This document shows, piece after piece, positions 19,700 to 28,391 of a DNA stretch of 64,000 nt. The stretch covers positions 576,001-640,000 of the forward strand of contig CAXWPL010000005.1 in assembly GCA_963666215.2 (NCBI GenBank), written 5' to 3'. This DNA is from Acidobacteriota bacterium (GTDB taxonomy: Bacteria > Acidobacteriota > UBA890 > WLXD01). Every line of letters begins with the position of its first letter. Position 1 is the first letter of the stretch. A program made the position numbers and the translations under genes. The notes below the pieces were generated by a model. That model was given only the letters and a program-made list of their open reading frames with translations, was not told the DNA's origin and did not search any database.

Positions 19700-20992
19700 C
19701 TACTCCGCGAGCCTCCCGTAGCGGCGTAGAACCTCCCGTAGCCGCTCGTGCGGCAGCGCGTAGACGGTGTTGCCATCGCGGCCGGTGATCGTCTCGCCGG
19801 CGACGAGCGCGTTGGTGATCGCCTCCTCGACGGCGAACGCGGTGGCCGAGAAAAGCGGCGAGATTCTGTCGTTTGGCAGCATCTCGAGATTCACGATCTG
19901 TCGCCGATTGGCGGCACCGGGGTTGGCGGTGGAGAACGCGATGAAGATGTCGCCCGACGAGTTGCCGCCCATGCCGCCCATGCGGCCCACACCGATCGGG
20001 ATCCGCCGGGCAATGCGCTCGAGCTGATGAGGCAACAGCGGCGCGTCGGTGGCAACAACAACGATGATCGAGCCGAGCTCGTCGGGCTCGGCGGTCTTCT
20101 CGCCTGATTCGTTGATCCCGGCATTCCCGCCTATCCCGTCTCTCCCGGCTGTTCCCTCCAGGCGCATGAGACTCGCGAGACTCGCCAGGCCGGCGCCCTG
20201 CTGCCCTCGAGTCGCGCGCAGGTCGGTTACGTCCTGCCCTACCGGCGCCCCGGCTACCCGCAGCGTGGCACGACCGCCGTAGTTGGCCTGCACCAGCGCT
20301 CCGAGCGTGTAGGCGTTGCCATCAATCTCGACAATCCGCGAGGCCGTTCCCGTGCCGCATTTGAAACCGTGGCAGCTCATCCCCGTTCCGCCCCCGACGT
20401 TGCCCTCGGCGACCGCCCCGCCCGACGCCCCGTCGAGCGCCTCGAAGACGTGGCGAGGCTTCACGTGGAAGCCGTTGATGTCGTTGAGGAAGCCGTCGTA
20501 CGTCTCGGCCACGACCGGCAGGCCCCAGTAGGCGTCGGCCGAGATCGGATCGAACAGCTCGCGCTGCAACGTCCAGTCGATGACCGCGTCGCGCACCACG
20601 CCCACACTGTGCGTGTTGGTGATCATCACGGGGCCCTCGAGAAAGCCCGACTCGTCGACCCAGGTGGTGCCGGTCATCTCGCCGTTGCCGTTGAGCGAGT
20701 ACCAGGCGGCGAACACCGGGTCGGAGTGTTTGCCGCGCGGCAGGATGGCGGTGACACCCGTGCGTACCGGGCCTTCGCCAACGATCAGAGCGCCTTGGCC
20801 CTCGATCAAGGTCACCAGCCCGACCTCTACACCCGCAACGTCGGTGATCGCGTCGAGAGGCCCGGGCGTCCCCTCGAACGGGATCCCCAAATCACGAGCC
20901 CGGACGACACCTCGCTGCTGGGCCGTCACGCGCAAATGCGGCATACCGAAAGCGATCGCTACCGCGACAATGACCCACACCATGCGCTTCAC
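19700..20992 (-). CDS. DmpA/P1 (S58) aminopeptidase, secreted
   Basis: RARDLGIPFEG.PG..DAITDV.GV.VG, LPVVAETYDG.LND, EGNVGGGTGM, G|SIIVVVATDAP autoprocessing site. GTG start with GAGGAGG. Confidence 0.9.
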   Translation of the reverse strand: MKRMVWVIVAVAIAFGMPHLRVTAQQRGVVRARDLGIPFEGTPGPLDAITDVAGVEVGLVTLIEGQGALIVGEGPVRTGVTAILPRGKHSDPVFAAWYSLNGNGEMTGTTWVDESGFLEGPVMITNTHSVGVVRDAVIDWTLQRELFDPISADAYWGLPVVAETYDGFLNDINGFHVKPRHVFEALDGASGGAVAEGNVGGGTGMSCHGFKCGTGTASRIVEIDGNAYTLGALVQANYGGRATLRVAGAPVGQDVTDLRATRGQQGAGLASLASLMRLEGTAGRDGIGGNAGINESGEKTAEPDELGSIIVVVATDAPLLPHQLERIARRIPIGVGRMGGMGGNSSGDIFIAFSTANPGAANRRQIVNLEMLPNDRISPLFSATAFAVEEAITNALVAGETITGRDGNTVYALPHERLREVLRRYGRLAE

Positions 20993-21184
20993 TGAGGCCT
21001 CCTCGGAAGTCGGGTTTCGGCACCAAGGCACAGCTCGGCGCGCACCGTCGAAAACTGAACCGCGAGCATACCGAATCGGCGAGCAGGTCTCCCAGCAAGA
21101 GCCCTCGCGGCGCCAAGTCTGACTCCAGCCCGTTGCGCGGACGGCTCCAGGTCTCTTGCCCGGGTACCGGCCGCCAGGCTCGTC

Positions 21185-23857
21185 TCAGGAACGCAGCGCG
21201 ATGGCTGGATCTACCCGAGCGGCGCGGCGAGCCGGCAGCCAGCAGGCGAGTAGAAGCGCGGTGCTGAGCAAGACCGTGGCGACGAGGTAGCTGGCAGGCT
21301 GTGTCGGGCTGACCTCATACAACAGCGCCGACATGGCGCGGCTGGCTACCCATGCGAGACCAGCGCCAACGACGACGCCCATCGCCAGCAGCCCACCGCC
21401 GCGACGCAACACATGCATGGCGACAGCTCTTTGCGCAGAACCGAGTGCCATGCGCACACCGATCTCGTGCGTCTGGGCGCGCACCCCGTAGGTCATCACG
21501 CCGTAGACACCCGCCGCCGAGAGCATCAGTGCGAGCCCCGCCAGCGCCCCCAGCAACCACATCGACAGACGATCCGGCGCCACGGTCGAGCCCAGCGACT
21601 CGCTCATGGTCGTGATGCTGTGGACCGGCTGCGTCGGGTCGATCGCCAGGACCTCACGGCGCACGGATTCGGCCAGCTGCATGGGATCCGCGAGGTCGGT
21701 GCGCAGAACAACGTTCATCGTCACGTAGGGAGCCTGCGCATGCGGCCGCAGCGCTTCCGCGATCGGCTCGACCTTCAAACTCCGGCTGCGGGCGTCGGCA
21801 ATCACGCCGACCACCTGGAAGGACAGCTCGCGAGCACGGCCGAAGCCCATGCGCACCTGCTCCCCCACCCCGCCATCTCGCGCCGCGGGCCACGCGGCGC
21901 GAGCCAGCGTCTCGTTGACGATGACAACCGGAGTCGACTCGGTGGTGTCTCTGTCGTCGAACCCGCGGCCACGCAGCAGACGCATTCCCATCGCCTGTGG
22001 GTACCCGACTGTCGCCATGAAGACATCCGCCTCTTGCGCCTCGGGAACGAGCTCCTGGTTGATGGGCGCGAAGGGAACGCTCGGCACGTTGTTGTACGCG
22101 TTCATCGGCAACCCCGACGCCGCGCCGACGGCAAGCACGTTCGGCAGCGCATCCAGCCGTCCGCGAAGCTCGTCGAAGTAGGCCAGCCGTTTCTGCACGG
22201 TGTCGTACTTGCGAGCGTCGGGGAAAACGCGCGCTACGAGCACACCGTCGGGCTCGAAACCGGCGTCAACAACGAGCAGCCGACTCAGACTCTGGACTAC
22301 GAGCAAAGCCATCACGAGAAGAGTGAACGCCGCCGCCACCTGCCCCACAACGAGGCCGCCGTGCAGGCGCCCCCGCCCTCCTTCGCCCGAGCCGGTACGC
22401 GCGCGACCGGGCGCGACCCCTGCCGCTTCGACACCGGCCATCACCGTGATGGCACCCAGAACGGTTGCCGCGGCGACGCCAACAGCAAGCGAGTACAGCA
22501 CCCCTTCGAGGCCGAACGCCACATCGGCGAGGCGTGGGAGATCGCGCGGGGCCAGGCCGAGGACAGCACGCAGCAAGACCGAGCCCAGCGCCGCACCAAC
22601 CAGCGCCCCGCCTATCGACAGGATCGCCGCCTCGAACCACAGCAAGCGTGCCACTCTCCATCGTGAGGCCCCGAGCGCCGCGCGAATCGCCAGCTCCGAT
22701 CGACGTCCAACCCCACGAGCGAGCAGCAGATGCGCCGCGTTGGTCAGCGCAATCAGCAACACGAAGGTGACGGCGGCGTACACCGCCAGGAGCGCGGGAC
22801 GCAGATCGCCGACGAGGTCCATCTTGTACGGCACCACAACCGACGACCAACCACGGTTGGTCTCGTGTTCCGCGGCCAGCCCGGCCATGACGCGATCGAC
22901 GTCAGTCTGCGCCGCCTCGAGGGTCGCTTCCCGCCGCAGTCGTGCGATGACATGCAAGAAACGGTAGCCGCGTGGAACATGGCCGAGCCGCTCGTACGCG
23001 CGGTCGAAATCCCAGGGCACCCAAAGAACGGTGTCGGCGCTGGGTACGGCGAAGCTCGGTGGCATCACGCCCACGATCGTGAGGCTCTGGTCGTCGACGG
23101 TGATTGCCGCGCCAACGGCAGCCTCGTCGCCGCCCAGCTGCCCGCGCCAGAGGGCGTGACTCAGCACAACAACCGGATCGCCGGCGGCCACTTCGGCTGC
23201 GGTGAAAGCCCGGCCGAGCATCGGTGGCTCGGCCATCACCACAAAGAAGTCCGCGGTGACCAGCGCCACGGCCACCTTGGTGGGCCCTGACGAATCCTCC
23301 GGGGAGTCGCTCGACGAGCCGGCGGACCAGCCGCTCATCGTTCGTGGCTCTCCCGCGTACCAGGCGGCAAGGCCCTCGAAGGCTCGACTCCGGGTGCGCA
23401 AATCGACCACGTTGGCCGGGGTCGGGCCACTGCGCTCGATGCCGAGCGATCGATTCTGGTCCCAGACAACGACCAGCCGATCGGCATCCGGGTACGGCAA
23501 CGGCGCCAGCACCACGCCGCGCACGACCGCAAACGCAGCCGACGAGGCGGCGATGCCAAGCGCCAGCACGATGATAACGAACGCACTGGATATGGGCCGA
23601 CGCACAACCGAGCGCACAGCGTGTCGCGCGTCGGCGATTACCGAACCCGACCCACGTCGCAGATGCCACGACAATGCGACCGCATCGACCGGAGCGCCGA
23701 GTGCGCGCAGCAGGGGCCACCCCGAGGCCGATGAGGTGGAGTGAAGCTCGGCGGTCCACTCTCGTAGCCAACCAGCCCGCTGCGACGCCGGCAGCAGCCG
23801 CGCCGAGGCACGAACAAGTGCCAATGCGGCACCATCCTGCCTGCGAAGTCCGCTCAT
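21185..23857 (-). CDS. Duplicated ABC permease (ADOP-type)
   Basis: LALGIAAS.A.F.VV.GV.L.PLPYPDADRLV, HEIGVRMALG, LPARRAARVDPAIALRS. ATG 23857 just after padR. Confidence 0.9.
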   Translation of the reverse strand: MSGLRRQDGAALALVRASARLLPASQRAGWLREWTAELHSTSSASGWPLLRALGAPVDAVALSWHLRRGSGSVIADARHAVRSVVRRPISSAFVIIVLALGIAASSAAFAVVRGVVLAPLPYPDADRLVVVWDQNRSLGIERSGPTPANVVDLRTRSRAFEGLAAWYAGEPRTMSGWSAGSSSDSPEDSSGPTKVAVALVTADFFVVMAEPPMLGRAFTAAEVAAGDPVVVLSHALWRGQLGGDEAAVGAAITVDDQSLTIVGVMPPSFAVPSADTVLWVPWDFDRAYERLGHVPRGYRFLHVIARLRREATLEAAQTDVDRVMAGLAAEHETNRGWSSVVVPYKMDLVGDLRPALLAVYAAVTFVLLIALTNAAHLLLARGVGRRSELAIRAALGASRWRVARLLWFEAAILSIGGALVGAALGSVLLRAVLGLAPRDLPRLADVAFGLEGVLYSLAVGVAAATVLGAITVMAGVEAAGVAPGRARTGSGEGGRGRLHGGLVVGQVAAAFTLLVMALLVVQSLSRLLVVDAGFEPDGVLVARVFPDARKYDTVQKRLAYFDELRGRLDALPNVLAVGAASGLPMNAYNNVPSVPFAPINQELVPEAQEADVFMATVGYPQAMGMRLLRGRGFDDRDTTESTPVVIVNETLARAAWPAARDGGVGEQVRMGFGRARELSFQVVGVIADARSRSLKVEPIAEALRPHAQAPYVTMNVVLRTDLADPMQLAESVRREVLAIDPTQPVHSITTMSESLGSTVAPDRLSMWLLGALAGLALMLSAAGVYGVMTYGVRAQTHEIGVRMALGSAQRAVAMHVLRRGGGLLAMGVVVGAGLAWVASRAMSALLYEVSPTQPASYLVATVLLSTALLLACWLPARRAARVDPAIALRS

Positions 23858-23861
23858 GAGG

Positions 23862-24173
23862 TCACAGCGACCTCGCCGACAAGTCCGGTAGAGCACGCTC
23901 CAGCCCGGGGAACCGCTCCACCACCCGTGCCAGCTCCTCGTCGCCTGCCGCCGTGAGCTCGTAGTACTTGCGCGCAGGACGAGAATCGCTCCGCGCCACA
24001 GCCTCGCTCTCCCAACGAGCACGCACGAAACCCTTGCGCTCCAGCGAGCGCAGCGCCGGATACACGGTGCCACTCGGCAGACCGGTGACATCCATGATCT
24101 CGAAACCGTAGGGCGACCCGGCCGCCAGGGCGCGCAGGATCAGGCTCGAGGAGTACGTCAGGAATTTGGCCAT
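23862..24173 (-). CDS. PadR-family transcriptional regulator
   Basis: YGFEIMDVTGLPSGTVYPALRSLE..G...WE...RPARKYYELT..G. Confidence 0.92.
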   Translation of the reverse strand: MAKFLTYSSSLILRALAAGSPYGFEIMDVTGLPSGTVYPALRSLERKGFVRARWESEAVARSDSRPARKYYELTAAGDEELARVVERFPGLERALPDLSARSL

Positions 24174-24209
24174 GCCTTGTAATGTAGTTTCCTACATAGG
24201 GTGCGTCAA
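24174..24209 (-). promoter_or_regulatory. sigma70-type promoter with overlapping ATGT-N8-ACAT operator, probably leaderless padR transcript
   Basis: Minus strand TTGACG-17 nt-TACATT-7 nt-ATG. Palindrome ATGTAG-TTTC-CTACAT at 24182-24197. Confidence 0.72.
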
Positions 24210-24267
24210 GAAGTCTGGCCCATGAGGCGACCGAGACCGAGACGAGGCGACCGAGAGCGAGACCGCG

Positions 24268-24948
24268 CTAGGAACCAACTCTCCCTGGCGCCATCCTGGC
24301 CGTACCCTGGGGAGACGCACTCGCCGCGCGGCTCGGCAGCCGCGCCCGGACAATCAGCACGTCAGCCTCGAAGGCGTCCTCCGGACAACCGACGAGCCGG
24401 CGACGGACCTCGGCACTCTCCACGTCGGCGCTCGCCAGGTCGGCGGCGATCTCATCGGCCGTCGCGAGCCGCTCGTTCGGTGAAGGCTTCGAAGCCGGCC
24501 CAGCGGCTCGCGTGATGCCGATGTAGAGAATCGTGCCGCCAGCGGCCAAGGCACGCTCGGCGGCGCGCAACACGGCAGCGCGCGGCTTCGGCTCCATGTG
24601 CAGATAGCCGATGTAGACGAGGTCGTAGGCGTTGGCGTTGGCGGGAGCCCCGGCATCGACGACCGTCCTCGGATCGAAATCAGGGTCGAGTAAATCGGCC
24701 TCGACCGTTCGAACCTCGAGACCGTTCTCGGACGCCAGCCGCCGCAACGTTGCCAGCGCCGCGGGCGCATAGTCGACGGCGATAACCGACCATCCACAAC
24801 TCGCCAGCCACAACGCCTCGGCGCCTTCACCGCACCCGAGATCGAGCGCCCGACCGGGCGGCAGTCCCCGTGCCGTCTCGACGAAGCCAGGATCCGGACG
24901 CGTCGAGGGCCGTGGGTTGCTCGCGTAGTGGTCGTTCCAGTCGTGCAT
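24268..24948 (-). CDS. Class I SAM-dependent methyltransferase
   Basis: GRALDLGCGEG..ALWLA..GW.V.AVD motif I. GAGGAG before ATG 24948. Confidence 0.88.
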   Translation of the reverse strand: MHDWNDHYASNPRPSTRPDPGFVETARGLPPGRALDLGCGEGAEALWLASCGWSVIAVDYAPAALATLRRLASENGLEVRTVEADLLDPDFDPRTVVDAGAPANANAYDLVYIGYLHMEPKPRAAVLRAAERALAAGGTILYIGITRAAGPASKPSPNERLATADEIAADLASADVESAEVRRRLVGCPEDAFEADVLIVRARLPSRAASASPQGTARMAPGRVGS

Positions 24949-25077
24949 CTCCTCAGATTCACATGCCTCGACCGAGTTGATCGCCGGGGCTCGCTCCATA
25001 CGCAGTGAGTCGACTCATCAACGGAGACTCACATCCGAGGGCGAGGCGATCGAAGCGACGAAGGATCGCTGCGGCAG

Positions 25078-26379
25078 CTACTCGCGGTCGTCGGATTCGT
25101 CTGCCTCGTCGATCAACCCGCTCGACTCGGGCGCTGCAGACGCACCGCTCGGCAGCGTGCCGCCCAGATAGAGCGCTGCGTAGGGATTGTGCTCCTGCCA
25201 ATCGAACCAGAAGTCCTTGATCGCCGGCACCCGCGCCAGCTCGCGCCCGGCGTGCGGGCCCGTGATCGCCCGCCCGTCGAAACCCCACTCGCTGCCGGTT
25301 TGGGTGTCGACCAGTACCAGCCCCTCGGCCTCCGGCTTGGCGTAGAGATCCAGAGCAACGCCGTCGACGCGGCGATCGAAGCCGCGGATGGAGTTGCCGT
25401 CGGGCGCGATCATCAGAAGTAGCGGCGTGTCACCTAGCTGGTCAGATATCGGACTCTGCTGGCGTAGCGTCTCCACCGGATACGCCTTGGCGCGGTTGCC
25501 GATCGTCACACCAACCACCAAGGCGCGACGCTCGAGCGGGCCATCATCGCTGCCGATCGGCACGGGAAGCTCGGCGATCTCCTCCTCCCAGTCGTCCTCG
25601 GCGTACTGCTCGGCGTACTCGGCGTCGGGCAGCAGCACCCAGGTGCCAGGATTCTCCGCACCCCAGATCTCGAGGCTGACCTCGTCGAACGGCACCATCT
25701 CGAGTCGCGCTCCCCGCAACGGGCCCAGCAACGCCTCGCCTGTGACCTGCTGCCACCAGGTGCCGGTCTGCTCGTCGGCCATGATGAAGTTCTGGTTGTT
25801 GATGCCCACCAGGCGGAAGGTGAGCCGCTGCCCGTTGACGACCGAAGACCACACCAGACCGGTGTGGCAGAGCGTTCAATAGGTTGCGACAAGCGGAACG
25901 CCGTCAACCTCGTCGTTCACCAGATGGTGGTAGGCAAGTTGCGGCACCGGATAAGCCTTGGCCACGCCGCCGTGGCGGACGCCGAGCACCATGTCATGAG
26001 GATCGACGTGGCCAACACCATCGGACGCATTCAGCGCATCGAGCGTTGCGAACCCGGGATCGGGCAGCGGCGCGAACATGCGCTCGAACAGGTTGGCGCG
26101 CGCCATGAAGCTCGCGGCGACGATTACGCCCAGCGGCACAACCATGGCTGTGCGGCTCCACTGTGATCGCGACGCGCGGAAGAACCGGAAAGTCGCGAAA
26201 GCAACCACCACGAGACAGACGAGAGTGATCCACCCTGCAGCCTGGCGCAGGCGATACGCGCGCGCGAGGTCGCCTGCCGACTGCTCCGAAAACGGGTTCA
26301 GGAGCAGCTGCGGCGCCGCGACAACGGCCACACACATCAACGCCAACAGAATCGCGACGGCTACATAGGTTCGGTTCAC
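25078..26379 (-). CDS. DUF3179-domain membrane-anchored selenoprotein (in-frame UGA at 25876-25878)
   Basis: The two listed ORFs are in frame and join as HHLVNDEVDGVPLVATY-U-TLCHTG...NFIMADEQTGTWWQQVTGEA...FWFDW. SECIS-like hairpin follows the UGA. Confidence 0.85.
25848..25868 (-). promoter_or_regulatory. Bacterial SECIS-like stem-loop
   Basis: mRNA UGA-ACGCUCUG-CCACACC-GGUCU-GGUGUGG. Apical GGUCUG as in the E. coli fdhF SECIS. Confidence 0.75.
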
Positions 26380-26533
26380 GAGCGGCTCCGAAGGCTTAGT
26401 GAAAACGACGGGTCCGAACACCGAGCATCCACGCCTGGCGATCTCAGCGCAAGACTGTCGGTTCTACGACTAACATCGGGGGTTGACGGTTCCTGGTCGT
26501 CAGCAGGCTGTCTGCCGTCCTCGGAAGAAACAA

Positions 26534-27643
26534 TTGAGAATCAACGCCGCACAAGCACGATGGTTTCGGCTACGACGGTCGGGGTTGGTCGAGCCGTTCT
26601 CGAGCCCCGAGGAAACGGCCAGCAGGCTCCTCGGCGTTCAGGCTCAGATGCCCTCGGCGGCTCAGCTGGCGTTCTGGAACCGCACTGCCGAGTGCAGCGT
26701 CAACGACCTCGAGACTTCGCGTCTCGAAAGCCGCAGCCTCGTGCGGTTCTGGGATCAGCGCAACACCGTGCACATGTACGCCACGACCGACTGGCCCTTC
26801 CTGCACTCCGCGTTCGAGCAACGCCAATCGCTGCTGCAGAAGAAATTCGCCGCAGCCGGTCTGCTCGGGGAGTTCCGGCGGACCGTGGGTCGGACCGCCA
26901 AGCGTCTCGCCGATGGCCAGGTGCTCACGTACAAGGACATCAACTCGAAGAGACTGCAGGAAGGCCAGGACAAGTGGGTTGTCTCCTATGTGATCTTCAT
27001 GCAGCTGGTGCGCGAAGGTGTTGCCTGCCACGGACCCGATCTCGGCAACCAGTCCACGTTCGCGCACCGCGAGCACTGGCTACCCGACTTGGCGTGGTCA
27101 CCGCCCGGCGCCGACGCGGTATTCCCTCTGCTAGCCGAGCGCTATTTCGCCACCTACGGCCCCGCCGAGGCGCGCGACCTGGCGTTTTGGTACGGGACCG
27201 GCGTCAACCAGGCCAAAACCTGGATTGCAGCTGTCGGCAAGCAACTGACAACGATCGAGGTCGACGGAGAACCTCGGTGGTGCCGCCGAGCCGACCTCGA
27301 GCAGCTCTCCGAGCCTCCGCCATCGCGTGGCGCCTGGCCAGTTCGCTTGCTGGGCCGGTTCGACGTGTTGCTGCTTGCCACCAAGGACAAGTCGTGGCTC
27401 ATCGACGAGGAGCACTACAAGAAAGTGTGGCGCCCCGCCGCGCACGTCGAAGCCGTGCTGCTCGTGGCTGGCCGCATCGCGGGGACGTGGAGCTACGAGC
27501 GCAAGGCCGCCGGTCTACGGGTGCGGCTGACGGCGTTTGCGCGGCTACCCAAAACGGTTATCCGAGCCGCCGAGCGCCAGGCGACCGCGATTGCCCAGTT
27601 CCAGGGCACGGAGTTGGCTGATCTCCGGCTCGACCAGCCGTAG
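26534..27643 (+). CDS. AlkZ-like winged-helix DNA glycosylase (HTH_42 family)
   Basis: GVQAQ catalytic QxQ motif, R.W..R.TVH, RYFATYGPA...DLAFWYG, VRLL..FD..LL, G.I.GTW. Start uncertain. Confidence 0.8.
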   Translation: MRINAAQARWFRLRRSGLVEPFSSPEETASRLLGVQAQMPSAAQLAFWNRTAECSVNDLETSRLESRSLVRFWDQRNTVHMYATTDWPFLHSAFEQRQSLLQKKFAAAGLLGEFRRTVGRTAKRLADGQVLTYKDINSKRLQEGQDKWVVSYVIFMQLVREGVACHGPDLGNQSTFAHREHWLPDLAWSPPGADAVFPLLAERYFATYGPAEARDLAFWYGTGVNQAKTWIAAVGKQLTTIEVDGEPRWCRRADLEQLSEPPPSRGAWPVRLLGRFDVLLLATKDKSWLIDEEHYKKVWRPAAHVEAVLLVAGRIAGTWSYERKAAGLRVRLTAFARLPKTVIRAAERQATAIAQFQGTELADLRLDQP

Positions 27644-27677
27644 CCATCATTGACCGAACGTGTTGATTACAAAGTAC

Positions 27678-28099
27678 TTATTCTTCGTTAATGACGAGCG
27701 TGTAGCCGCTATGTAGCCAAGGCCCGTGGAACCGGCCATCCACGCGACCCTCTTCCATCACGCGGTCAGGCTCGTCGCCGAGCTGCTCCGCCTCCAGAGC
27801 CAACCGATCGACGGACTCTCGGATACGCGCTCGCTTCTCCCTCGCGGTTAGCCTTCGCGGCCCCTCAGCAATGCGGCTCCCGCCACCGCTGCGGGTGACG
27901 ATCAGACCTTCCTCTCGCAACAGGCCGTAGGCTTTCGCCGCTGTGTTGCGATTGATCCGGAGGTCAGCAGCGAGCTGCCGCACCGTCGGCAGGCGGTCAC
28001 CCGGCTGAGCACACCACTGGAGACCATCACTCGAATCTGGGCTACGAGCTGATCGGAGATCGGAGTGCCGTCGTCTCGATCGACGCGGAGGACACGCAC
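27678..28099 (-). pseudogene. GntR (YtrA-like) regulator, 1-nt frameshift near 28002
   Basis: VDRDDGTPISDQLVAQIR..VSSG.LS in one frame, GDRLPTVRQLAADLRINRNTAAKAY..L.EEG in another. Confidence 0.75.
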
Positions 28100-28391
28100 A
28101 GGTGATGCAGGGTCGGCAACCAATTTGGGTGTCCTCCGCTCAACGGCCAGGGTGCCTGGAGCGCTGGCCAACAATTCTCGTCAGCTAATCGCCCTGGACA
28201 ACGTTAGTCGATTGGGCGATAAACGGCCGAGACCGTGCACGTCAGGGTTCTGCCCATGCCTCAGGCCGCCGGCAAGGTGTTGAGCGCGGCACCCCGTCGT
28301 CCGTCCGTGGGGAAGTTCTTGGCCCCGTTGATCCGGCCCACCTGAGCCAAATACGCTAGCGGCGCACTTCTCCCGACAGGAAGCCATCACA

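Noticed and set aside
24224-24266. GAGGCGACCGAGA-type short repeats
   Set aside because: Two to three degenerate units only, likely slippage with no evident function.
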